DNA of 64,000 bases from NCBI RefSeq assembly GCF_001194135.2, contig NC_069006.1, forward strand, positions 4,272,141 to 4,336,140, in the 5' to 3' direction. The notes beneath the pieces were generated by a model. It was given only the letters and a program-made list of their open reading frames with translations. It was not told where the DNA came from and ran no database searches. The stretch comes from Octopus bimaculoides (Eukaryota). Shown here one piece after another: positions 50,901 through 63,019 of this stretch (the first letter of the stretch is position 1; the number at the start of each line of letters is the position of its first letter). The position numbers and the translations under genes were made by a program.

Positions 50901-53393
50901 GCACTCAAAGGGAAGAAAGGCGAAGTCAACTGCAGCAGGAGGAAAAACAGGCAGAAGAAATGGTGTTAAGCATTTTGTCCGACACACCAACGATTTTGCC
51001 AGCTTACTGCCCTTGGCTGTAAAATGGTGCTTTGTCAGTATACTCATCTAACCCATGCTAGCATAAACAATGGACATTAAAAGCAAAATGATGGTAGATG
51101 AACATGCTCTGCCACAAATGGGTGTTATTGTATGTTGTGAGCAGAGGCAGAACAGAAGAAATGCACTGTTCAAATACACAAATTCCTGCAATAATTTGGA
51201 ACCAGATTTATGAGTGGTTGTGGTTAAGAAGTTTGCTTCTCAACCACCTGGTTTACCATTCAGTCTGCTGCACGGTAACTTGGGGTCTGTCTTCTCCACT
51301 AGCCCCATATTGGCATATAGGTTCCCAACCTGGACGGAATGCCAGTCCATCGCAGGTGTGCTGCAACATGCAGGAGGAAAGAGTCAGCCAACTTCTGCTG
51401 GAGCCACATGGAGCTTAGGTGTTTCACTCATAAACATACTCATCACCCGGTCTGAGATTCGAACCCACAATCCTTTGACCACAAGTCTGCTGCTCTAACT
51501 ACTAGGCCATGTGCCTCCACAACAGATGAAACTATGGAGTACTAAATTCAAGACCATGTTGTTTTCTCCTATCATATAAACATACATGGGATGAAGAACT
51601 GAAGAACAAGCTCAGGAAGCTGGACCTTTCAGGCAAGATGACAAAGGACTGAGATACCTGGTGCCTGGTATCTGTACCCTGCAGAAATGTTAAGACTGAT
51701 CCTTCTGGTTGTGTAAGGCACCCATGGCAGCGCTATGTAAAAGCACCCGTGCGGCATCATGTGTCTGTGCAGTGATGTGGAAAAGCACCCAGTCTACTCT
51801 GTAGGGTGGTTGGCATTAGGAAGAGCAGCCAGCTGTAGAAACTATGCCGAATCAGACTGGAGTTTGCCAGCATTGACAACAGACATTAAATGATGATGAT
51901 GATGAGATGATGTATGAGTGTGTTGCACCTCTTGACATTTTGTGGTAGTTGTAAAAGAGTGTCACCCTCATGTGAGCAGTGTCTTTCATTTCCAACATTC
52001 CATGGAAAACATGTCCAGCCATGAGGGAATGTTACCTTGCTTGGAAATAAATGTTGATTGGTAACATAAGGGTGCTGGGCCACAGAAAATTGGCATCAAC
52101 AAATTCTGCTTGCCTCATACAAGCATGGACACTTGGAAAAGTGATCTATGATGATGATGATGAAGACTCCAATACTAAACCGGCACGAGGGCCAGTCAGG
52201 CGGTACTGGCCCTCGTGCTGGTGGCACATAAAAGCACCCACTACACTCTCGGAGTGGTTGGCGTTAGGAAGGACAACCAGCTGTAGAAACTCTGCCAGAT
52301 CAGATTGGAGCCTGGTGTTGCCATCTGGTTTCACCAGTCCTCAGTCAAATCGTCCAACCCATGCTAGCATGGAAAGCGGATGTTAAACGATGATGATGAT
52401 GAACTCCACACTAACATATTCTGTTCATCTCTCCAGCTTCCTGCATCAAAACATTGCATACAATTCCTTAAATTCAATGCCATAAATCTCTTTCAAAATA
52501 TATTTTAAAACGCTATATATATATATATATTATCCAAGATACCTTCTTTAAATTTTAGGATTCAGTCCCACTGTGTGGTGCCTTGGGCAAGCATCCTCTA
52601 ATGTAACACTGGGTCAACTAGATGCCTTGTGAAGGAATTTGATGGACAAACATAGAAAGAAACCTGTCTTACATACATATACAGATAGATAGATGTATGA
52701 CGTGTGTCTGTGTGCTTCTGTGTGTGTGTGTGTGTGCATGCCTTGACATCAAGTGATGGTTGCATAGCTGTAAATGAGCATCACCATCATACAAGCGATG
52801 TTGTTCATTTCCAGTCTTCTGTGAGAAACAAGTCTGGCCATGAAGAGATAGATATTACCTAGCTTCGAAAGAGTCGAGGGTTGGTGACAGCAAGGGCATA
52901 CAGTCATAGAAAATCTGCCTCAGTGAATTCCATCCGACCTTTGCAAACATAAAAAAGTGGACATAAAATGATGACAATGATGATGGTGATGATGACGATG
53001 GTGGGTGGTGGTGGTGGTGGTGGTGGTGACACATCACTTTCATCTGAATTAAAATGACTCAAAGACAAACAGACAAGATAAAATGTAAAATTTTTTATTT
53101 GTTTATTCTTTTGATTTGTAATTTTTTTTTCTTTTAAATGAATGTACAAGATGCGAGATGTTTTAGATTCCCCTGTTGTTAAAGATTAAAGATTAAAAAA
53201 AAAAAAATAAAAAGGGCTGCTTCTTTTCAACCCTTTTCTTTCTTTCTCCATTTTGTTCAACCCCCGTCTATCTATGTACTCCATTGCTAACCCCTCACCC
53301 TATATTATTGAAAGAAACAATATTTCAAACAAAACCACAGACGTCCAATATGGACATTTGTGAATTCTGATGTCCTGGTCCCTTGGAATTTTC

Positions 53394-53458
53394 TTAGTAT
53401 CTCTGATTTCCGGGTCGCACGTTTCCTGGTGGAGGAGGTCTGACACCTCGCGGCGGGG
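53394..53458 (-). CDS. SF3B4: SF3B4 terminal exon, visible 3' part: ...[20 protein letters not shown]; its 5' part is in gap 53459-54159
   Basis: The open frame emerges from the N gap and ends at TAA 53396-53394, followed by AT-rich UTR-like sequence. Confidence 0.78.
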
Positions 53459-54717
53459 NNNNNNNNNNNNNNNNNNNNNNNNNNNNNNNNNNNNNNNNNN
53501 NNNNNNNNNNNNNNNNNNNNNNNNNNNNNNNNNNNNNNNNNNNNNNNNNNNNNNNNNNNNNNNNNNNNNNNNNNNNNNNNNNNNNNNNNNNNNNNNNNNN
53601 NNNNNNNNNNNNNNNNNNNNNNNNNNNNNNNNNNNNNNNNNNNNNNNNNNNNNNNNNNNNNNNNNNNNNNNNNNNNNNNNNNNNNNNNNNNNNNNNNNNN
53701 NNNNNNNNNNNNNNNNNNNNNNNNNNNNNNNNNNNNNNNNNNNNNNNNNNNNNNNNNNNNNNNNNNNNNNNNNNNNNNNNNNNNNNNNNNNNNNNNNNNN
53801 NNNNNNNNNNNNNNNNNNNNNNNNNNNNNNNNNNNNNNNNNNNNNNNNNNNNNNNNNNNNNNNNNNNNNNNNNNNNNNNNNNNNNNNNNNNNNNNNNNNN
53901 NNNNNNNNNNNNNNNNNNNNNNNNNNNNNNNNNNNNNNNNNNNNNNNNNNNNNNNNNNNNNNNNNNNNNNNNNNNNNNNNNNNNNNNNNNNNNNNNNNNN
54001 NNNNNNNNNNNNNNNNNNNNNNNNNNNNNNNNNNNNNNNNNNNNNNNNNNNNNNNNNNNNNNNNNNNNNNNNNNNNNNNNNNNNNNNNNNNNNNNNNNNN
54101 NNNNNNNNNNNNNNNNNNNNNNNNNNNNNNNNNNNNNNNNNNNNNNNNNNNNNNNNNNNGCGTCTCCCCCTCTCTCTCTCTCTTTCTTCCTCACCCACCC
54201 CTCACACAATAAATAAAAAAAATTAAAAGACCAAAACACAAAAGAGAAGACGAAGTTCATTTACCGAAGGGAGGTGGTCCACGTGGTGGTGTCGGTCCTC
54301 TCCATCCAGGTGGAGGAGGGGGTGGTCGCATACCTGGTGGCGGTGGTGGAGGCATACCAGGTGGCAATGGACCTGGAGGTGGAGGCGCAATGTTCGCAGG
54401 GGGTGCTGGAGGTCCTGCATTACCTACATCAAATAGAAACATGGAAAAAGATATAGACTCGGCATATATACATACATACATGTATGTTTGTGTGTGTGTA
54501 TGTGCGTGTTTATATATATATATATATATATATTTAGCAGAAGTAACAGAGTGACTCAAGGTCCAAGAGTTTAGAGTGTAGTCAATAAGTGCCAACACAT
54601 GAAACTCTTGGACCTTGAGTCACTCTGTCACCTCTGCTAAATACTAATAAAAATATTCATATGCTCGTATTTTGAGTTCCATTTTTTCTATCTGCATTAA
54701 CATACCTATATATATAT

Positions 54718-54757
<40 letters not shown>

Positions 54758-57700
54758 NNNNNNNNNNNNNNNNNNNNNNNNNNNNNNNNNNNNNNNNNNN
54801 NNNNNNNNNNNNNNNNNNNNNNNNNNNNNNNNNNNNNNNNNNNNNNNNNNNNNNNNNNNNNNNNNNNNNNNNNNNNNNNNNNNNNNNNNNNNNNNNNNNN
54901 NNNNNNNNNNNNNNNNNNNNNNNNNNNNNNNNNNNNNNNNNNNNNNNNNNNNNNNNNNNNNNNNNNNNNNNNNNNNNNNNNNNNNNNNNNNNNNNNNNNN
55001 NNNNNNNNNNNNNNNNNNNNNNNNNNNNNNNNNNNNNNNNNNNNNNNNNNNNNNNNNNNNNNNNNNNNNNNNNNNNNNNNNNNNNNNNGTGTCTGAGGAG
55101 AGTCATTTTCTTTTCATGCCTTAAAATTTAACACACTCACTGTTAAAATTTCCACTTATTTCTTATTTTTATTTTCCTAAAATTTTCGTTGCATCTTGCA
55201 ACCTTTTCAATAGTCTTGACTCTGTCCGTTATTCACGTTGCGTTCTGTTTTTGCTTTTTTTTTGCGCATGCGTGTGTGTGTATGTATGTATGCGTGCATG
55301 TGTGTGTATGTATGTCTGTGTGCATATGTATATATGTATGCATGTGTATGTATGTATATATGCATGTATGTGTGTGTTTGCATGTATGTATGTATCCTGC
55401 ATTTGTGTGTGTGTTTTGTTTTTTATGTATGTGTGTGCGTGTGTGTATATGTATATATGTACTTCTGTCTCCTTGTGTGTGCATGTCTGAGTGTGTGTGT
55501 GTGTGCTTTGCTGCTATGTACGAAAATGGGGGGGGCGTAAATGTTTTTACAATAGTGGGGTTTGGAGTGTTTGAGGGAGTAAATGACCTTGATTGATCTC
55601 AGTGAAAATCTAGCATTTTTCTAGTAATCAAATATAGCCATCAGGCATTTTCAATTTCCACAATTTTTTATTTTCACTCCACTCTAATGCGTATCCTTAA
55701 TGTAGTTGTCAGGGAGGTTCAGTGCAACACAAGGTGTAACAAAGCTGGCCCTTTGAAATACAGGTGCTACTCAGCCGAGTGGACTGGAGCAATGTGAAAT
55801 AAATGACGTGAAATTCGCCAGGAATTGAACTCACGACCTTACGATAATGAGCCGAATACCCCTCACCACTAAGCCACGTGCTTTCACTAACATACCATCA
55901 GCCCTTTCGCATTCAGATTACTCTGTCAAATGTTTTGAATAATCTTGCATTATCTTGTAGCTTTGAGCTTTTCATGAGGTAACTGTTAATTCTTAGAATG
56001 ATATTGTAGGGTAGGCGTGAGAGGCCAGATCTGGCCAGTTTGAACATCAAACAGGTAGAATATATGGGCCTCATATGGCCTGTTTAAATACTAAAGGGTT
56101 CAGGAATGCTTAAGGAATAAGGCAGGGTTATTGTCCAAAGATAAAAGGACAGTCATGGGCAGGTGTTTTTAGTTCAATAGCCCTCATCAGCATGACACTT
56201 GACCAATCGTATGTCCAGTAGCCAAAGGGCTTAGAATGATACAAAAGAGAGTAAAAAACAGTTATGGCCTCGGTTGATTTGCATAATTTCAACAAAATTG
56301 AGATACGGGAAATAACTGAAAATGGCCAGTGGTTGTTTTGTGTTCAGAATGATGTCACAGGGGAGGTGTGAGAGGCTGCATCTGGCCGGCACAAGTGCTA
56401 AAGAGTTAAATCTACTCCACTACAAAATCTGCTAGCATGAGGAAACAGACATTTGAGAAGACAAACAAACAAGAGACTATGGCCAAAGGAGGAGGAGAAG
56501 AAGAAGAAGAAGAAGAAGAAGAAGAAGAAGAGAGGAGGAAAGGATGAAGGGAGGAAGGGGAGGGAGGGGNNNNNNNNNNACTATGGCCAAAGGAGGAGGA
56601 GAAGAAGAAGAAGAAGAAGAAGAAGAAGAAGAAGAGAGGAGGAAAGGATGAAGGGAGGAAGGGGAGGGAGGGGAAGGGGAGGGGGAAGGGGAGAAAGGCA
56701 AAGATATGGAAGGGGAAGAAGGGATGAAAATGAAGAGGAGGAGGAAGTAGAAGAAGGCAGAGAAGAGGAAGAGGGAGGAGGAAGGCAAAGAGGAGGAAGA
56801 TGAAGAGGAAGGCGAAGGAGACAAAGAGGAAGTGAAGGGGAGGAAAATGAAGAGGAAGTAGAGGAGGAGAGGAGGAGGAAAAGTAGAGGAAGAGGGGGAA
56901 GAAAAGGAGGAGGTAAACAAGAAGAGGAAAAAGAAAGGTAATCGCAACCAAAATAGATGCTGAGTTGTTTTCGAAGCAACAACCCCCCCAAAACGTTTTC
57001 TGGAGCTGTGAGGTTATGGAGTGGGTGAAAGAACTTACCTGAAATAGGAGGTCTTGGTGGTGGAGGCATTGGGGGAACTTGTGAGTTTTGCTGTTCAGAT
57101 GGAGGTGGAGGTGGTCTCGTAAGAGGTGGTGGTGGAGGGTATGATGGTGGTTGACCTGCAAGAAAAAGACAATATGGCAATTAGGGTTCAAAATCAACAG
57201 ACAGACAGACATCAGGGTTGGTGGTAGATTCCTAGTAAAAGATCCCCAGTCAGCTGTGGGATCTTTTTGGGGTGAGATGTGGTCTACGATGATGTTTGTG
57301 TGTGTAACAGCAGCAGCACTGTCCCTGATGTGGGAGCAGTACTGTAATGGAATCTGGAATGTCTGTGTATACAACACCAGCACCCACCTAGATGTTGGGG
57401 AAATAACAACACTCCCCTGTGACCACCACCAATGTAGATGGGCTGGCCACATTGCACGTATGAAGGACAACAGATGGACAATCAGGGTGACAGAATGAAC
57501 ACCAAGACAACGGACAAAAATGAAAGGCCGACCAAAGACAAGATGATCTCACCCGCTACCAGGGGCCTACATGTCCATGGCTGGCCAGAGACAGACAGCA
57601 GTGGAAGGAGTCCGGAGAGGGGTTTCTCCTTCAGGAGTGATAAAACCCTGGATATGGAAATGGTGAACAGCACCTAAGCTTTGAAGGGATTCAGCAAACT

Positions 57701-60700
57701 CTTGGGAGCTAAAGAATTTTCAAACCCTGAAGAGAAAGGCCATCTTTTGTGACACAGTTTCAGCTATGCTAAAGATGTGCATTCTTACAAGAGACATCCT
57801 CAGTAATGGTGAAGTCTGGCATTAGTGGCAGACTTAACAGGGTCTAGTTGAGCGTCGATCATGTTAGGAAGGGGGAAATGAAATTTCCTTGATCTGTGTC
57901 ATTGAGCTGTAGGAGACAAAATTGGAACAATCCCTCTTAAAAGATGGTCTCCAGATCTGTATTCATGGAACCAGGGCAGATTTGGCATGAAGTGTGTAGG
58001 ATGCAATACTTGACACTTGGGTGTACAAGGTTAAAAGAAGAATAAAGGCAGTGAGCTGGCAGAATCATTAGCGCGCCAGGCAAAATGCTTAGCAGCATTT
58101 CGTCTGGTGTTACGTTCAGAGTTCAAATTCCGCCGAGGTCTACTTTGCCTTTCATCCTTTCGGCGTTGATAAATTAAGTACCAGGAACGCACTGGGGTCG
58201 ATGTAATCGACTTAATTCCTTTGTCTGTCCTTGTTGGTCCCCTCTGTGTTTAGCCCCTTGTGGGCAATAAAGAAATAAGAACAAAGGTTGATACATATAT
58301 GTATGTGTGTGTGCATACGTGTGTGTGTGTATACACATGTGTATGTGTGTGTATGCAAGCACACATGCAGGGAATACACATTCACTCTGACTGTGATGAA
58401 CTTACCTGGAGGAGGTGCTCCACTTGGTGGTGGAAATGAAGGCATTCCAGGAGGCATAGGAGGTGGTGGCATGCTTCCTGCAACAGGTGGCGGCACAGGT
58501 AATGATGAAGGTGGTGGCACAGGTGGAGGAGGGCCGGTTGCTGTTGAGACAATTGTTCCATTGGGCATTCCTGAAAAGTAACAGAACCAGAAGCACAATT
58601 GAAATGCACTGCACACTTATAAAACACACACACACACACACACACACAAATATGTAAAAACAAATCGTATATTAGCATCATGATCATCATCATTTTCCAT
58701 GCTTGCGTAGGTCAGACAGAATTCTTTGAGGCAAATTTTCTGACTGGATACCCTTCCTGTTGCTAACCTTTACCTGCTTCCAAGCAAGGTAATATTTCTC
58801 TTAGACTGGGCATATTTTCCACAGAAGACCAAAAGAAAATGTTGCCTGTATGATGGTGATGCTTGTTTATGTCCAGCATTGAAAATCCGCTTCCCTGCCA
58901 CTGATGAGCGTTCACCTGCTGACCAGAACCAACTTTCATGGCCCTGAACCTAAAGACACTGTTGACCATGAAAACATTGCTAACCTTAGATTACCTGAGG
59001 TAATCTAAGCCACAGGTGCCCTGTACAAGCCACTATAGGTATTACTTTTCGCTTAGAACTTTCACTTGCCTATTTTTGCTAGCAGAGTAAACTGCAGTAA
59101 CTTGAAATGAAGGGTTTTGCTCAAGAACACAATCCACCACCCGGTCCAGGAATTGAAACTACAATCTCATGACCACGAGTCCATGAGTCCAACACCCTAA
59201 CCACAAAGAAACGTATCTCTACAGAAGTATTAATACTATTATATTATTTCTTGTATAAGTTTTATGCTGTTTCCTGTTTTAACTTTGGTTCTACCTTTGA
59301 TTTCATAGCAATGTGTATGTTATATGCATATGGTTACACAGTGAAGGTGCATAGCTCAGTGGTTAGAGCATCAGGCTCACAATCATGAGGTAGTGAGTTC
59401 GATTCCCGGACAGGGCTATGTCTTGTGTTCTTGAGCAAGACACTTTATTTCACGTTGCTCCAGTTCACTGAGCTGTAGAAATGATTTGTGACGTCACTGG
59501 TGCCAAGCTGTATCGGCCCCTTTGCCTTTCCCTCGGATAACACTGGTGGCGTGGAGAAGGGAGGCTAGTATGCATGGCCGACTGTTGGTCTTCCATAAAC
59601 AACCTTCCCCGAACTTGTGCCTCGGAGAGTAGCTTTCTAGGTGCAATCCCATGGTCAGTCATGACCGAAGGGGGTCTTTATGGTTACATAGGGTAATATT
59701 TTAGGGGTCTCTCAAAGATCAATTTCTGTAATTCAGCAATAGCCAGGTCCGAATGATGCCGAAATAAAGAGGTTCAAGCTATGCTATAGAATAAATAATA
59801 CCAGATGCTAAAGTTAAGCGTCTGTTAAACAAGGGCCAGCACCCAGTTTTCATACCTGCTTCAGTTTATCTCCCTTCACATACATTGTTAAATCCGTTAT
59901 GAAAGGCATTCTTCCATCAACATTTTATTTTTGTGAAAAGTGCTTATCACTGTTATTTTGACCAGGAGAGTCTCCAGAACTTATTGAAAGATTCGCCGAA
60001 TAATAAATGTGATCTCTTCGGCTTTGCAGGGCGTTCTGATACTTTGTCACTAACATCTTCATCTTCTTTCTAGCTACTCCTACTCATTCTTATACCATGT
60101 GAAATAGCCATGTCGCCCTTCTACTATAACAAGACACCTGTGCCTCTCCTTCTATCGTGTTTTAGACCAGGTCTCAACAAGGGTCCACATGACTCTTCAG
60201 GGTCCATATAAGATTTTGTTGTTAAAATTTAGCTGCAACAGATTGGTTATATCTATACACTCTTTTACTCTTTTCTTTTACTCTTTTACTTGTTTCAGTC
60301 ATTTGACTGCAGCCATGCTGGAGCACCGCCTTTAGTCGAGCTAATCAACCCCAGGACTTATTCTTTGTAAGCCTAGTATTTATTCTATCGGTCTCTTTTT
60401 GCCGAACCGCTAAGTTACGGGGACGTAAACAAACCAGCATAGGTTGTCAATCGATGGTGGGGGGACAAACACAGACACACAAACATACATACATATATAT
60501 ATACATATATGATGGGCTTCTTTCAGTTTCCGTCTACCAAATCCACTCACAAGGCTTTGGTCGGCCCGAGGCTATAGTAGAAGACACTTGCCCAAAGTGC
60601 TACGCAGTGGGACTGAACCCAGAACCATGTGGTTGGTAAGCAAGCTACTTACCACACAGCCACTCCTGCACCTATACTGCACAGAATATTTGAACATTCT

Positions 60701-62561
60701 TTTATACATTTCCTAATAATAATTAATTATAAAAATATAATAGATTTTAGACATCAAATGGCTATGAGGGTCCCACACCCTGCTCCCAAGTAAAATAGGA
60801 ATCAAACGGGTCCACAGGCAAAAATAGTTGAAGACCACTTCCTTAGACTCTCGACACCTGGCATAAAGCCAGTTCCTTTTCTTCTTCAACTCCACTCAGT
60901 TGTGGAGTCTTTTTCTTTGTTTTGTGAATTACTTGGTAATCTCACAAATGCTAGCGCCAGAAAAAAAAAAAGCATTAGGCATTGGTATTAGGAAGTTCCA
61001 TCCAGCTGTAGGAAGCATATGAATGCAGACACTGGAGCCTGATGTAGAACTCTGGCTCATTGGATCCTGTCAAGTCATTCATCCGATGCCAGCATAGAAG
61101 ATGGGTAAAGAGTAAAGACCCTTTGGTTATGAATGACCATGGGATTGCACCAAAAAGTTCCCCTCTGAGGAACAAGTCCAGACAAGGTTGTTTATAGAAG
61201 ACCAGCAGTTGACCATGAATACCAGCCTCCTCTCTCCATGCCACCGATGTTGTCTAAGGGAAAAGCAAAGACCAATACGGCTTGGCACCAGTGACATCAC
61301 AACTCATTTCTACAGCTGAGTGAACTGGAGCAACATGAAATAAAGTGTCTTGCTCAAGAACACAACACACAGCCCGGTCCAGGAATCAAGCTCACCATTT
61401 CATGATTGTAAACCCAACTCACTAACCACTGAGCCATATGCCTTCACACACACACACACACACAGCAACAGTCTTTCAAGACTTGCCATAATGTCACCTC
61501 CCTCTTTACTACATTCCCCACCTCAGTCAAGAACGCTTTTTATTTGTCTTGCAAGTTACTTGATGACCTCACAAGTGCCAGTACTATGAAAAAAAAACAC
61601 ACACTACACACTGTAAGGTAACTGATGCTAGGAAGAAACATCCAGCCATAGAAAATTGTACCAAAGCAGACATTGGTGCTTGATTGTAGTCCTCCACTTG
61701 TTGGATCCTATCAAACTAATACAGGGGTCGCCAATCTTTTTTGACCATTGACCCCCTTTAGCCACTTCTCCTTCCACATCAACCACCCCTGTCATTTAAA
61801 ATACCTTAATACCCTACCGTACCATATCTTAAATGCATTCCGGGTACTGACACTGGCAATTAAAATGTTAGCTAAAATATACAGGTACGACAAATTAAGA
61901 AATTCTATTGAAGATGACACACTTTTTACATATAAAATTACGTGGACGAGTATTAAGCTTTCAATTTTTATGAAATTGTTTTTACGGTTAGAAAATGTGA
62001 AAAAGGCATCATATTGCTGGAATATGTTTTATTGAAATTGACAACATCAATGTGAGGGATGGGCATGGCACGGACTAAGTATTTCATCTGGGTGAGCTGG
62101 TCTTTTGCATGCCGACCCCCAGTCAACCCCTTGGCTCTCATGGACCCCCTGTAATTCCTTGCTGAACCCTAGGGGGTCCCTCGGATCCCTTTTGGCAATC
62201 CCTAGTCTAATATATGCCAGTATGGAAAATGGATATGAAAGTGCAAATCTAAGTAAAAGGTTTAGAGTTTAATCTTCCCTCAACAAAAAAATTTAACAGA
62301 AAACAAAAGCAGAAAATGTAAATAAACTACTGTTAAGGTGATGCTGCAGTCTGAAAACAGGTTGAAAGTACTTACCAATGCTGATGTTATTTGCCAGGGA
62401 CATCATAGGGGTTTGGCATACAGGCGGAGGAGGTGGTGGTGGAGCAAATGATGATGGAGGGACTGGAGCAGGAGGTTGTTGGGGAGGTGGAGGAGCATCT
62501 GCAAACAACTGATGAGGTCTGTCGGTGAGAGAGAGTGGATTCTGGGCAGCCAAGAGACGTT
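53394..62561 (-). CDS. SF3B4: SF3B4 (SAP49, U2 snRNP splicing factor), 3' exons encoding the proline-rich tail; the RRM exons lie outside the window
   Basis: [27 protein letters not shown] matches the diagnostic post-RRM2 motif of SF3B4 (human [27 protein letters not shown]). It is followed by phase-consistent Pro/Gly-rich exons. Confidence 0.92.
54265..54423 (-). CDS. SF3B4: SF3B4 exon (159 nt): [54 protein letters not shown]
   Basis: Acceptor ttgatgtag|GT and donor TTCG|gtaaat; phase 1 to 1; resembles human PPRGPPFG. Confidence 0.87.
54531..54643. repeat. Hairpin: 42-bp arms with a 29-nt loop, TA at both ends
   Basis: 54531-54572 versus the reverse complement of 54602-54643: 2 mismatches. 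Confidence 0.9.
56486..56935. repeat. Polypurine (GAA/GAG/GGA) low-complexity tract, partly duplicated across a 10-N gap
   Basis: Almost purely A/G on the plus strand. Confidence 0.9.
57039..57155 (-). CDS. SF3B4: SF3B4 exon (117 nt): [40 protein letters not shown]
   Basis: Acceptor ttcttgcag|GT and donor TCAG|gtaagt; phase 1 to 1. Confidence 0.87.
57435..57650 (+). mobile_element. RTE-like LINE 3' fragment
   Basis: The remnant [23 protein letters not shown]...GRPKTR matches the RTE C-terminal pattern. Confidence 0.7.
58047..58281 (+). mobile_element. tRNA-derived SINE, family C (head GGCxGxGAGCTGGCAGAA, core CTTTGCCTTTCATCCTTTCGGGGTCGATAAATTAAGTACC); inverted copies at ~26433-26671, ~35600-35835, ~7540-7740 and ~10690-10895
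   Basis: B-box GAGTTCAAATTCC; recurrent core and AAGAAATAAGAA tail. Confidence 0.85.
58406..58570 (-). CDS. SF3B4: SF3B4 exon (165 nt): [56 protein letters not shown]
   Basis: Acceptor acttttcag|GA and donor CCAG|gtaagt; phase 1 to 1. Confidence 0.88.
59343..59690 (+). mobile_element. tRNA-derived SINE, family D (head GAAGGTGCATAGCTCAGTGG; core CTTGAGCAAGACACTTTATTTCACGTTGCTCCAG); inverted copy at ~61108-61445
   Basis: A-box TAGCTCAGTGG and B-box GAGTTCGATTCC; shared body with 61108-61445. Confidence 0.82.
60259..60672 (-). mobile_element. Young family A SINE nested in a hAT-type MITE
   Basis: Reverse complement closely matches 63591-64000; flanked by the two halves of a MITE (~60166-60258 and ~60673-60840). 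Confidence 0.88.
61722..62204. mobile_element. hAT-type non-autonomous element
   Basis: CAGGGGTCGCCAA ... TTGGCAATCCCTA termini with a degenerate TSD (AACTAATA/GTCTAATA). Confidence 0.6.
62376..62561 (-). CDS. SF3B4: SF3B4 exon (186 nt): [63 protein letters not shown]
   Basis: Acceptor tcatttcag|AA and donor ATTG|gtaagt; phase 1 to 1. Confidence 0.93.
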
Positions 62562-63019
62562 CTGAAATGAAAAGGAAATGGTGAGAGAAAGGCTTCAAAA
62601 ATATTTTTACAAGAATTAAGACAATCAAAATACATCAATTTTCCATCGGATTTTGTCGAGGCAGGCTTTTTCTATGGGCAGATGCCCTTTCTGTCACCAA
62701 CCTTCATCTAACTCCACAAGAAAAGACGTTTCTGTAGAAGATTGTAAACAAAGAACACTGCTTGCACCACAGTGACACTTGTTTTTATAACTATCGTGTG
62801 ATGTCAAAGCAAGGAGGGAGACATTAACACACACACGTGCGCGCACGCACACACACATGTAAACAGAGTTAGCGGTTATAGTAACCAACTAAGGGATAAA
62901 AATATCCGTATATACTATCAGTATCCGTTATCTGTATTATCCCCGGGCAATGGTGTGCAGGCACTCCATACACATAGAATGCAGATAACAACAGGATAAA
63001 CAAGAGTTTATCAGGAAAC

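Noticed and set aside
50495-51022. 175-aa ORF as a novel intergenic gene
   Set aside because: It is built from the foldback arms and a SINE head; the same peptide recurs on the opposite strand because of the palindrome, and there are no splice or domain signals.
56476-56673. Exact ~95-bp tandem duplication in the GA tract
   Set aside because: The two copies are separated by a 10-N placeholder, typical of unmerged contig overlap.
56412-57470. 352-aa ORF, the longest in the track
   Set aside because: It is a low-complexity F/L/P/S translation of the polypyrimidine tract and spans an N gap and a real exon in another frame.
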